40,869 nt of DNA from a virus (lineage: Duplodnaviria; Heunggongvirae; Uroviricota; Caudoviricetes). The position numbers and the translations under genes are program-made. Below are positions 26,663 through 34,953 of this stretch, piece by piece. The DNA lies in the IMG/VR virus record IMGVR_UViG_2541047754_000003; one strand, given 5' to 3'. Positions within the stretch are counted from its first letter, which is position 1; the number at the start of each line of letters is the position of its first letter. The notes beneath the pieces were generated by a model, which searched no databases, had not been told where the DNA came from, and saw only the letters and a list, made by a program, of their open reading frames with translations.

Positions 26663-28138
26663 TTAAGCATAGGGATCGTAATCTGTGATGGCCTTGCCTT
26701 GCTGGTTCTGCTGACCGGGAATTCGCAGACGCTTCGACACAGGGAACGCAAACGTCAGCAGTAGCGCATCGCCTTTACCAGGAGAACGCCCAAGCCGCTC
26801 CTTGATATCTTCCTTCTGTTCGATAATGATTTTACCGTCCACGCGAACTTTGTACTCTGCCGCCGACAGGTCGTCCGCTGTTTCCTGGTCATCCAGCATG
26901 CCGCCCAGCCTCAGCCATGTCTTGCATGAATTGAACATCTCCCCACGCTTGTTGAGCATCTGCGGGTCAGTAGACGCGCCACCGAACGGAACAAGTTGCC
27001 ATGTACGACCCCATCCGTCACCGATTGACTTCAAACCGGTTCCGTAACCGAAGTCGATGAACACCGCGTCAGCCTGATACTGGTCTTCAAAGTCAGCGAT
27101 ACGCTTTGCCATAATCAGATCGTCAGTGGTCTTGTTGCCAGTCCACAGCACCTTACTGTGCAGCCCCTGCCGCAGGTATATCACAGCGTCATCAACGCCT
27201 GAGTATGCCGGGTCAACGCCGATTATCACCGGAGCATGTGCAACCTGCGCAGCGGTGACCACCCGTTTCATTGCCTCGTCAGTAAGTCCGGTAGGGATAA
27301 ACTGCAATTCCGATGCATCCGGGAATATGCCGCGCACACGGATTTTAACGAAGTCGCTGTCTTCCCCGTAGTCATCAACCCATTTCTGCAACTGCTGTTT
27401 GTTGGTGCCTTCCACCGTCCGGCTGTCAATCTGCGCAGTTTTCCAGCGGTGTTTATATTTGCGGAAACATTCGCGGAAACGTCCGGTATTACGCGTCGGG
27501 TTTCCGAACGCCACCCAGATAATCTCAGTGTCTTCGTCCGTTAGCGCACCCTCGGCAACTTCCCACACCAGATCCGCAATGTTCGACGCTTCATCGAATA
27601 CCACGATGATGCGTTTGCGCTCGTTGTGTAGTCCGGCGAATGCCTCAGTGTTGTGCTCAGACCAGGGTATTGCGTCAGCTCGCCACCGCTTGTCGTGTCC
27701 AGGATCATTGCTGTACATCGCGGTAGCGGTACAGGTAAACCAGTCTTTCGTGATAGCAAGGTTCGACCACTTGATAATTTCCGGCCAGGTCTTCGTTCGT
27801 AGCTGGTTGTCGGTGTTGGCGGTCACCACAACCTTACAATCCTCGCAAGTGGACATGCCCCAGTTGATCAGCATTGAGATGAATGCGGATTTACCAATAC
27901 CGTGACCCGAAGCGCGTGCCAGCATAAGCGGCTGATAGCGCGTCTCTGGATTCTGCAGGTGATCACGTATCTCTCGGAACGCATCAGCCTGCCACTGACG
28001 TGGACCGGTGGCATGTGCCAGTTCAGTCCCATCTTCCCCCCACGGGAACGCATAGAGGGCATAGCCAAGCGGATCGTGAGTGAACCCTGCAATATCCTCG
28101 ATTAACTGCTCTTCAGGAGATAACGCTGTATCTGTCAC
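26663..28138 (-). CDS. Terminase large subunit
   Basis: 491 aa; Walker-A-like ASGHGIGKS near N-terminus; 4-nt overlap with small-subunit gene; followed by portal. Confidence 0.9.
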   Translation of the reverse strand: MTDTALSPEEQLIEDIAGFTHDPLGYALYAFPWGEDGTELAHATGPRQWQADAFREIRDHLQNPETRYQPLMLARASGHGIGKSAFISMLINWGMSTCEDCKVVVTANTDNQLRTKTWPEIIKWSNLAITKDWFTCTATAMYSNDPGHDKRWRADAIPWSEHNTEAFAGLHNERKRIIVVFDEASNIADLVWEVAEGALTDEDTEIIWVAFGNPTRNTGRFRECFRKYKHRWKTAQIDSRTVEGTNKQQLQKWVDDYGEDSDFVKIRVRGIFPDASELQFIPTGLTDEAMKRVVTAAQVAHAPVIIGVDPAYSGVDDAVIYLRQGLHSKVLWTGNKTTDDLIMAKRIADFEDQYQADAVFIDFGYGTGLKSIGDGWGRTWQLVPFGGASTDPQMLNKRGEMFNSCKTWLRLGGMLDDQETADDLSAAEYKVRVDGKIIIEQKEDIKERLGRSPGKGDALLLTFAFPVSKRLRIPGQQNQQGKAITDYDPYA

Positions 28139-28731
28139 TGATTACCATCCTGACGTTCTTTGAGTCGCTTCCTGGCTGCTGCTATGCGATCAGCAATTGT
28201 CACATTCACATTAACATCCAGACGTTCTTTGAATGCGTTGACATCAACATGCTTACCAATCAGCTCAAGGTTCTTCACCTTGTCAGGCCATTTAATTTTT
28301 TTGAGGATTGTCTCTATTGAATCCTCGTTCATGTTCATGATGGTCGATGACAGATCAAAGCCACTAAGCGTAGTGCGCCAGATTTTCGGCCACTCACGGA
28401 TTGGTTTAAGGCTCCCATCGTCGTTGAGGATGTCGATCACGTCCATCTGGTCGATCTCCACCAGGCGCATGAGAACGTAATCAGCACTGACACGCATTCG
28501 TTTGTTGCGCTCCTCCATCAACTCGGCAATCCGTTTCTGAATGCGTTCATCGCGCATCATGACACTGGCTTTAACTGCCGCTGTATTTGGGGAGAATCCT
28601 GCGTTAATCGCAGCCTGAGTCTGGTTTTCAGGCGTTTTGATGTATGACTGGCAATAAGCCTCCTGCATTGCTGTGAGCGGCTTAAATTGCGTTGATTTGC
28701 GTTTATAGGTTTTAGGTTCAGCAGGCATCAT
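28135..28731 (-). CDS. Terminase small subunit
   Basis: Start set at ATG 28731 (MMPAEPK...), because the ORF-track TTG extension covers a terminator and operators; basic DNA-binding N-terminal region; immediately upstream of large subunit. Confidence 0.7.
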   Translation of the reverse strand: MMPAEPKTYKRKSTQFKPLTAMQEAYCQSYIKTPENQTQAAINAGFSPNTAAVKASVMMRDERIQKRIAELMEERNKRMRVSADYVLMRLVEIDQMDVIDILNDDGSLKPIREWPKIWRTTLSGFDLSSTIMNMNEDSIETILKKIKWPDKVKNLELIGKHVDVNAFKERLDVNVNVTIADRIAAARKRLKERQDGNQ

Positions 28732-28763
28732 AACCACCGTGGTAATTGTTACCGTTGTGGTAA
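28731..28763. promoter_or_regulatory. Tandem operator-like palindromes at the head of the late operon
   Basis: TAACCACCGTGGTAA (28731-28745, one mismatch) and TTACCGTTGTGGTAA (28749-28763, perfect). Confidence 0.55.
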
Positions 28764-28774
28764 TAGTACCATGC

Positions 28775-28800
28775 AAAATAAAGCCGCCATAGTTGGCGGC
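28775..28800 (-). terminator. Rho-independent terminator upstream of the late operon
   Basis: Hairpin GCCGCC-AACTAT-GGCGGC followed by TTTATTTTG on the minus strand. Confidence 0.5.
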
Positions 28801-28841
28801 AGTATTCAAAATCCATCAAATTCATCATGCATAATCTACTC

Positions 28842-28853
28842 GTGACATGTCAC
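28842..28853. repeat. 12-bp palindrome GTGACATGTCAC (copy 3 of 3)
   Basis: Exact copy overlapping the stop codon of the 28850-29188 gene. Confidence 0.6.
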
Positions 28854-29188
28854 ACTATTAATTTCGTTTCATGCCAGCCTTTAGTCACCCAGCATTGCGA
28901 GTCACCATTACACGGGCATGAATTAACTGGAACTCTCTCGCCGCACTTACCGCAACGTTTTCTGCTGATCGATTTTATACGCCCGCGCACGCGTGCATCA
29001 TCCTGGCGGATCAGTAACGCTATATACTCACCAAATTCGTAAGGCGCACGCCCGGGGCGACGCGTGGCACAGTTACGCTCCAGCATTTCAATTTCCTGAG
29101 CATCAAGCACAATCTCCAGCTTACGCACACCAGATGCAGCTTGTCTGGCTCTCTGAGCGGCTTTGCGCTCTGCTGCTGATTTAGCCAT
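28850..29188 (-). CDS. Zinc-ribbon protein (112 aa), candidate regulator
   Basis: ATG 29188; basic N-terminal helix and C-terminal Cys cluster C-G-K-C...C-P-C...C; last gene before terminase. Confidence 0.55.
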   Translation of the reverse strand: MAKSAAERKAAQRARQAASGVRKLEIVLDAQEIEMLERNCATRRPGRAPYEFGEYIALLIRQDDARVRGRIKSISRKRCGKCGERVPVNSCPCNGDSQCWVTKGWHETKLIV

Positions 29189-29462
29189 CAATATTTACCT
29201 TTATCGCGAACACCTTTACCGGTTTATCACCGAAGTGCGGATGTGTGATTGTCTTGATTTCATATCCGTCATACGGGACGTCAATTCTTCGGCTGGAATC
29301 GTCGCGCTTCGGATATCCCTTTGTGATAATCAGGCGGTCATACTCCCGGAACATAATTCGCTTATTCCAGTAGTCATTACACAGGCGATACTCTTCCGTT
29401 TTCTCTCCACGAATCATGGCATCGAAGTATTCACCTTTGACGGCAAGTTGCAGGTTAGCCAT
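29181..29462 (-). CDS. ASCH/PUA-like (DUF3850-like) protein
   Basis: ATG 29462 with GGAGG RBS; N-terminal pattern KGEYFDAMIRGEKTEEYR resembles ASCH-type domains (from memory). Confidence 0.5.
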   Translation of the reverse strand: MANLQLAVKGEYFDAMIRGEKTEEYRLCNDYWNKRIMFREYDRLIITKGYPKRDDSSRRIDVPYDGYEIKTITHPHFGDKPVKVFAIKVNIDG

Positions 29463-29722
29463 TACCGCACCTCCAGTCTCCATACCGCCTGACCAATCCG
29501 GCTGGCATAGGTATCTTTGGATACTGCTCCGTCTTTAGCCAGCTCCATAAGAATTTTGCGCAAATCTGCCGAACGCCATTCTTCATCAGGAAATTCCTTC
29601 TCCATTGCCAACCGCAGATTCCAGGTTGCTATCGTGAATGGATATTCCCCGCCGAGAGCTTTATCTTGCAGGGCAGCCCGGGAACGCATCACCTGCAAAA
29701 CCTTCTCTTTTACATCCATCAT
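29462..29722 (-). CDS. Hypothetical protein (about 86 aa)
   Basis: ATG overlapping upstream stop as ATGA; ORF-track N-terminal extension overlaps neighbouring gene. Confidence 0.5.
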   Translation of the reverse strand: MMDVKEKVLQVMRSRAALQDKALGGEYPFTIATWNLRLAMEKEFPDEEWRSADLRKILMELAKDGAVSKDTYASRIGQAVWRLEVR

Positions 29723-30405
29723 TTCGCCCCCTTCGGAGGTTCTGGCAACGTCATCCAGAACAAGACGTTCCCTAACCACGATAAAGTGCCGTCGCTCAAC
29801 TCCACGTATTCCCCTTGCACCTGTCCTGCCATATACTCGCCGTGCTTTGAATAAATTAAAATCCAATCATCTTGAGGGGGCATTCGCTCACTACAGCTTA
29901 TCCAACCATCCGGAATTACCGGATAGTTGCCATTTACATCGAAGTTTGGCTCTGCGTCCTGAACCAGGAGGATGTAACCATTCTTGGCTGTATCAAGTTC
30001 TAACGCCTCGGTGACGGTGCCGAAATAGCGATTACCTAAATCAGCATCACAAGTGCTTACATCAATGGAAACTTCCATGCCTTCGATTAATTCTGGCAAG
30101 TTGTAAGTTTGGCTTACAGGTTGGCTACCCTGAAGCATGGCGGCGCGGTGACACCAGATAATCCAGCCAAGCGCCATATCCCATGCCATGTATTCTCTAT
30201 CGCCATTTTTTGCCCTACGGCGATCTACAGATTCCCCGAAACGCTTCTCCATAAATAATTCATAGGCTGCTCGTTCATCCGATACTGCTGCCAGCGATGC
30301 CAGTGCGATTTCATAAGCCAGGCGCTCAATATTGTCTCGCACGTCCAGGCTGCCGATTCGCTCTCTGATTTCTTTAATCAGTTCTTTGTCGGTAAAAGTA
30401 GTCAT
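29719..30405 (-). CDS. DUF551-like phage protein
   Basis: ATG 30405 with GAGGA RBS; C-terminal motif WISCSERMPPQDDWILIY typical of DUF551. Confidence 0.6.
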   Translation of the reverse strand: MTTFTDKELIKEIRERIGSLDVRDNIERLAYEIALASLAAVSDERAAYELFMEKRFGESVDRRRAKNGDREYMAWDMALGWIIWCHRAAMLQGSQPVSQTYNLPELIEGMEVSIDVSTCDADLGNRYFGTVTEALELDTAKNGYILLVQDAEPNFDVNGNYPVIPDGWISCSERMPPQDDWILIYSKHGEYMAGQVQGEYVELSDGTLSWLGNVLFWMTLPEPPKGAK

Positions 30406-30408
30406 GTG

Positions 30409-30696
30409 TTAGTCCTCATCCACTTCAACGCCATCTTTCAGCGTGATGCCGTGCCAATCATCAGCCCAACTGGTTAGCCCTGGCGCATCAATGCTAGGCA
30501 TATAGACGCTTGCAGTGTGGTAGCCCTTATCGTTATCAATGCTGGCAACGTGCTCGCCGTTGTATGCGCTCAGCGTGTCCAGGACGCTATAAAACTTTCC
30601 TCCGGCTGCCCTGAAATCCTTTACAGCCTTCACAAGGCGATTCCACGCTTTTTCCTGTTCTGGCGTCAGGTCGATTAATTCCTGCAAAGTTGCCAT
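30409..30696 (-). CDS. Hypothetical protein (95 aa)
   Basis: ATG 30696 with AAAGGAGAG RBS. Confidence 0.55.
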   Translation of the reverse strand: MATLQELIDLTPEQEKAWNRLVKAVKDFRAAGGKFYSVLDTLSAYNGEHVASIDNDKGYHTASVYMPSIDAPGLTSWADDWHGITLKDGVEVDED

Positions 30697-30697
30697 A

Positions 30698-31485
30698 TCA
30701 CTCTCCTTTGATGCGAATGCCAGCAAGCCAGTTTCTTATGCCGATATATTCAGCGTTCCTGAAACCGCTTTTTACATATATAAATGGCAAGCGAAGATTG
30801 TGACCATTGGCTGCCAGGTAGTCTTTACAACCCTGTTCGGTAAAACAGCAGGTAACGAATTCATCAATATCTTTCACAGCAACGCGCCGCCATTTTTCTG
30901 GTGGCTCCCGAAAGTTTTCATGAAGTAGTTCGAGACGACGACTTTGGAGTTTATTGGCTTCATTGCCATCTTCATCAACCCAGACAATCCGGTCATAGTC
31001 ATAATCAGCATCAACAACGATTTCGCGCTTTTGATACACACAAAACATAGGGTCTGACGTTATATGATTGTCCTGTGTTCGAATATTTTCACCGATGATG
31101 CCAAACGAATCTGGTGCAGATTTTGTCTGCAACTCTGCTATGCGCTTACTTCCATCCGCGATTACTCCCTCGTAATACACACGCTGCTCGTTGAGTTTTG
31201 ATTTTGTCTCCTCAAGCTCAACTCTCAGCTTCCCTACCGTTAGCGCAATATCCTCGTTCTCCTGGTCGCGGAGTTTGATGTATTGCTGTTTTTCGTCCAG
31301 CTCATCCAACAGCCCGGCGATAATGTCCACTTCCCGATGACGGATTTCTCGCTTAAACGCCGCTAAAGCTGCATCACAATCCTGTTCAGCGTTTGGACTG
31401 TCTGGCTTTTCCTGATACCACGCCAGAGTCGATTGATAGTTTTGTGCTGCCTTACGCAACGCCTGATAGTCAATCTCGCTCACTG
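30698..31485 (-). CDS. Ea22-like early protein (coiled-coil N-terminus, conserved C-terminal domain)
   Basis: GTG 31485 with AAAGGAGG RBS; coiled-coil region; C-terminal region recalled as Ead/Ea22-like. Confidence 0.45.
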
Positions 31486-32081
31486 GTGCCTCCTTTGCGA
31501 AGCTGGGCAGCAAAGTCAACTAACCACTCAGTCATTTCAACCTTCCCTACCAGGTCTGAACCAGGGTGCATACAGCAATCACTCTGCGCCGCTTTGAAAT
31601 CCTTATACTCATATTCTTGGGCCACCAGATTTTTTGCAGCTTCTATAGCAGCATCCACCCCCTGCGCCCGCACTTCAGACAGGAAAGCATCGGTGGCTGG
31701 AATGGGCTTTTGTGGTGATATAGCAATGCGAATTGTCTCAAGGTCTGGATCTGTTTCCGCTGCTGGCACCTTGATATAACCCATCTGCACCCCATTCATG
31801 ATGAATCTGCGACGGTCATCACATATCGCCTTTAGCCCCGCATTCTCCGCTGCCAGCGTCGAAAACTTCTCGTGTGCCAACTTAACAGCTGCATCAGCCT
31901 GCTTAATTGACTCAATCGCTCTCTGGTGGTCTTCGGCCAGCTCATTAGCACGCACCAACTGAACTTCCAGTTGCGCTGCCAAACAGCGAACAAGCACGGA
32001 TGGTGCGCCTGTCATGTCGTCAGCTAACGCATGCCCTGATGCCACTAAATCTTTGATCATACCTTCAGCCATACTTTCCAT
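31470..32081 (-). CDS. Hypothetical early protein (203 aa)
   Basis: ORF in early operon; helical, acidic. Confidence 0.55.
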   Translation of the reverse strand: MESMAEGMIKDLVASGHALADDMTGAPSVLVRCLAAQLEVQLVRANELAEDHQRAIESIKQADAAVKLAHEKFSTLAAENAGLKAICDDRRRFIMNGVQMGYIKVPAAETDPDLETIRIAISPQKPIPATDAFLSEVRAQGVDAAIEAAKNLVAQEYEYKDFKAAQSDCCMHPGSDLVGKVEMTEWLVDFAAQLRKGGTSERD

Positions 32082-32142
32082 CTTTACCCTCGCTTATCCA
32101 CATAACTTATTGATTACATTGATAACTAAAAAGATCGTCGAT

Positions 32143-32487
32143 TCAGAACTTTTCGATGTTCCAGCCACCACCTGCTTTCTTTGGTTTAACCGTTACCCCG
32201 ATGATTCGGAACGGATACTGATCTGCGGCGACTTTGGTTTTCACCCTGGCGTCGTCGCTCCAGAAACCTTTCACTTCGTGCAGTTCCATCTCGCCGGTGG
32301 CGAGCATCACAGCAAAATCGGGCGTATAGAACGTGTTGTCAGCTAACCGCAGCTTGATACCCTCAAATCGATACCAGACGATTTCTCCTGCACGTTTACG
32401 CAGCTCAAGGTGCTGGCAATACGCAGATTCTGTTTTGTTCATCTGGCCTGTTTTGAGTCGACCAAGAGCCTGTATCTGTTTTCTCAT
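32143..32487 (-). CDS. DUF1064-like phage protein
   Basis: 114 aa; N-terminal basic segment and E-x-x-x-Y pattern resembling DUF1064 (from memory). Confidence 0.45.
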   Translation of the reverse strand: MRKQIQALGRLKTGQMNKTESAYCQHLELRKRAGEIVWYRFEGIKLRLADNTFYTPDFAVMLATGEMELHEVKGFWSDDARVKTKVAADQYPFRIIGVTVKPKKAGGGWNIEKF

Positions 32488-32490
32488 GAT

Positions 32491-32567
32491 TTACCCCTTA
32501 GGTAATTAAAAACCACATAAGACACGAAATCAATAGATTTTAGAATATTTTATTACCTCGAAGGTAA
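32491..32567. promoter_or_regulatory. Pair of operator palindromes TTACC-N5-GGTAA inside the early operon
   Basis: TTACCCCTTAGGTAA (32491-32505) and TTACCTCGAAGGTAA (32553-32567), both perfect arms. Confidence 0.6.
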
Positions 32568-32604
32568 TTATCGAGACGTAAAAAAATGCGCTATCGCGCT
32601 GGTA

Positions 32605-33390
32605 TTACTTGATAAATCCTGACGCCTTTCCCCGCCTGTATTCCTCCATCAGCCACTGCGCCGGTGTTATTCCCCCAAGGGTGGCGGCGTTAGGCATGCA
32701 CCCGAAACTTCGCCCTGGTGGATGGTAAACGTCTCTCCCTGTGTCCGGAGGCGTACTCATGGGTTCTGGCTTTGCCTGTATGCTGATCACCGGATCGGGT
32801 ATCTGCTGTCCGGAAGCCACCTTTTTCGCCCAATCATCGAGCAGCCTGCGCGCGTGTTTCTCAACCTCAATCTCGCTAAGCTGGCGCTGATACATTGCAC
32901 GGCGGGTATCACATACGACCCAGTACATAACCGGATGTCGCCACGGGAATCTTTCGGGACCACCAGGATATAAACTTTTTTCCTTGCTGTACCGGTGAAA
33001 CTCCGCCATCACATCGTCAATGGTGACGCCAAGAACCATCTTGCTGTCTTTACACCACTTGATGAATTGCCCTGGCGACGGCCAGAACGGAGATTCACTG
33101 GCGCGGGCGTGGCGCATACCAGCAGAAACCTGTTCACGGGTTCGGATCCCCCCTTCGGCAAACGCAGCAATCCACTGCTGTTTTGCAGCAACTTCCTGCT
33201 CTGGCGTCTTCAGGTTGGTTACCACTGCCGCCGGAAACAGTTGTTTCAGCTGTTTGAAAAGGGCATCAACAAGCCTCTCTGCTGACATGTTCACCACGTT
33301 GTCATTGTTGGTGTACTGATGCTCATAACCTGACATGCGAGAAAGGGCTTCTCCGTCACGGTTTTGTATCGCGGTAAAAACGTTGTTCAC
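32605..33390 (-). CDS. Replication protein P-like helicase loader
   Basis: GTG 33390 with GGAGG RBS, overlapping O-like stop (GTGA); motif GMRHARASESPFWPSPGQFIKWC matches lambda P region GMRVARRQNRPFLPSPGQFVAWC. Confidence 0.8.
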   Translation of the reverse strand: MNNVFTAIQNRDGEALSRMSGYEHQYTNNDNVVNMSAERLVDALFKQLKQLFPAAVVTNLKTPEQEVAAKQQWIAAFAEGGIRTREQVSAGMRHARASESPFWPSPGQFIKWCKDSKMVLGVTIDDVMAEFHRYSKEKSLYPGGPERFPWRHPVMYWVVCDTRRAMYQRQLSEIEVEKHARRLLDDWAKKVASGQQIPDPVISIQAKPEPMSTPPDTGRDVYHPPGRSFGCMPNAATLGGITPAQWLMEEYRRGKASGFIK

Positions 33391-34202
33391 AAGAAATCCT
33401 CCCATGCTTCAGGGCTGTTCCAGTGCGGAACGTTGTTATCAGATAATGTTGATTGCTTCTGTCTGCTAATCTGCAGCCGCCTTGCCAGCTTCTGCTCCCA
33501 CTGTGCCTGATGGTATGCCTTACCCTCAGCCATCCAGTAAATTCTGAACTCTGCAAGTTCCTGTGCCGTTGGCAGACTGTCCAGGTAGATCCCCTGCAAT
33601 GAGCTTTTCCGAAGAAAGTCATCTGATGGTTGCCATTGTTCATGCATGACAAATTTGCCTAATTGCCCTGGCCCACCAGGAGGAACAAAGTTATTCATCA
33701 CGGCGTTGTTTGCGCCGGGGTCATGATGCACAGAATCCCCGTTTTTTGTCCTGCTCTCCCTCTCTTGGTTAAATGACTGGTTATATGACTGGTTCTGGAT
33801 CCCGTTTTTGGGATCATTCAACATCCCGTTTTTGGGATCATTCAACATCCCGTTTTTGGGTATATTCCCGTTTTCGGGTTCATTACCGTTTTCGGGTTCA
33901 TTACCCCCCTCCCGGTCGCCTTTAATGTTCCCGTTTTTGGTTATATTAAGAGAGAAAACCCGTACTCTTTTCGTCGCCCCCTTTCTCTCTCCGGTATCTG
34001 AAATAAGACCCATTTTCATGAGCGATATAAGCCCGGCCTGCACGGTTTTTTTATTCAGGCAAGTGTCTTTAACGAGGCGTTCTATGCTGGGGTAGCAGAG
34101 GTTATATTCATCGGCTCTGTCAGCCATCGAGAGCAGTATGAGCTTTAATGACGAGCTACCTGGATCTGTCTCCCAGGCCCAATCTGTTGCATGTCTGCTC
34201 AT
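33387..34202 (-). CDS. Replication initiator (lambda O-like role) with N-terminal winged-helix domain and internal repeat region
   Basis: ATG 34202 with GGAG RBS; N-terminal HTH-like domain; repetitive peptide NGNEPENGNEPENG...KNGMLNDPKNGMLNDPKNG encoded by DNA iterons; directly upstream of P-like gene. Confidence 0.75.
   Translation of the reverse strand: MSRHATDWAWETDPGSSSLKLILLSMADRADEYNLCYPSIERLVKDTCLNKKTVQAGLISLMKMGLISDTGERKGATKRVRVFSLNITKNGNIKGDREGGNEPENGNEPENGNIPKNGMLNDPKNGMLNDPKNGIQNQSYNQSFNQERESRTKNGDSVHHDPGANNAVMNNFVPPGGPGQLGKFVMHEQWQPSDDFLRKSSLQGIYLDSLPTAQELAEFRIYWMAEGKAYHQAQWEQKLARRLQISRQKQSTLSDNNVPHWNSPEAWEDFL
33799..33947. repeat. Iteron array (putative origin of replication) inside the initiator gene
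   Basis: Six direct repeats with core CCCGTTTT(T/C)GG: two identical 24-mers ATCCCGTTTTTGGGATCATTCAAC, then four shorter variants. Confidence 0.7.
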
Positions 34203-34217
34203 GATTAATCTCCGCTA

Positions 34218-34418
34218 TCAGCTTGAATGTTGTGGGGAGGAATTAATCATGATCTGCTTAATCTCTGCCCTGATGCGACGGTTTGATTCCATGGTGCACT
34301 CAACACAGTGTCCGTTGTAAACCCAGCGTTCACTGTCATGTCCGTGCTTACATTGTTTTCCGGTGTAATAGCGTTTAAGTCCGCGCTTTGCGGCATCAAT
34401 ACGTGTAATGATTTCCAT
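34218..34418 (-). CDS. Small Cys/His-rich protein (66 aa), cII-position regulator candidate
   Basis: ATG 34418; motif C-K-H-G-H...H-C-V-E-C; located between cro and replication genes. Confidence 0.45.
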   Translation of the reverse strand: MEIITRIDAAKRGLKRYYTGKQCKHGHDSERWVYNGHCVECTMESNRRIRAEIKQIMINSSPQHSS

Positions 34419-34498
34419 GGTAAGCCCTGTTATTAGTATTGGGATTACGGTTATTTTGTGCTGACACAAAAAAAAGATCAACCAGATTTGGTTTTTTA

Positions 34499-34513
34499 TT
34501 ACCTTTGAGGTAC
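34499..34513. promoter_or_regulatory. Operator-like palindrome TTACC-N5-GGTAC (one mismatch)
   Basis: TTACCTTTGAGGTAC between cro terminator and the small Cys/His gene. Confidence 0.45.
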
Positions 34514-34520
34514 GAATAGA

Positions 34521-34546
34521 TATGAAAAGACCGCCGGGTGGCGGTC
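34521..34546 (-). terminator. Rho-independent terminator downstream of cro (tR1-like)
   Basis: 7-bp stem GACCGCC/GGCGGTC followed by TCTTTTCA on the minus strand. Confidence 0.5.
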
Positions 34547-34568
34547 TACAGAGGGTTGTAGCTGGATA

Positions 34569-34799
34569 TCATGAGTAGAAGAAGTATGCCAGTTCTGCTT
34601 TTGAGCGCAGCCATTGTCTTGTTTTACAGGCTTTAAAAAGCCCATTCATCAATACTTTACCTGGCATTTTGCGCTTACCTGTTAAGTGAGTCTGGATATA
34701 GTGACTCGTCGTTCCGGCTTCCTGTGCGAAGGCTTCACGCTCATCCGGAGTAAGTGCAAGCCAGTGCTTTTTGAAATCGAAATGTCCGTTATCGCTCAT
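34569..34799 (-). CDS. Cro-like HTH regulator (YdaS/Cro family)
   Basis: 76 aa; divergent from repressor gene across operator region; motif LTPDEREAFAQEAGTTSHYIQ resembles Cro/YdaS-type HTH. Confidence 0.7.
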   Translation of the reverse strand: MSDNGHFDFKKHWLALTPDEREAFAQEAGTTSHYIQTHLTGKRKMPGKVLMNGLFKACKTRQWLRSKAELAYFFYS

Positions 34800-34835
34800 A
34801 GCTATTGCCTGATATTTATTTCAGATAATAAATAT

Positions 34836-34898
34836 TCACCCATAAGGTAACAAAAATCAAGGATAGTTACCTATGAGGTGCATTTACCTGTTGGGTAA
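34836..34898. promoter_or_regulatory. Tripartite operator (OR-like) between cro-like and repressor genes
   Basis: TCACCCATAAGGTAA (34836-34850), TTACCTATGAGGTGC (34867-34881), TTACCTGTTGGGTAA (34884-34898); first site lies between candidate -35/-10 of the leftward promoter. Confidence 0.7.
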
Positions 34899-34953
34899 TA
34901 TTGCTTTAAATTGAATCATCTACTGATTCATATATGAGACGATTTTCCAGAAA

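Noticed and set aside
28732-28809. Long form of the terminase small subunit starting at TTG 28809
   Set aside because: The extra 26 codons cover a terminator hairpin and operator palindromes and begin with a non-ATG codon lacking an RBS.
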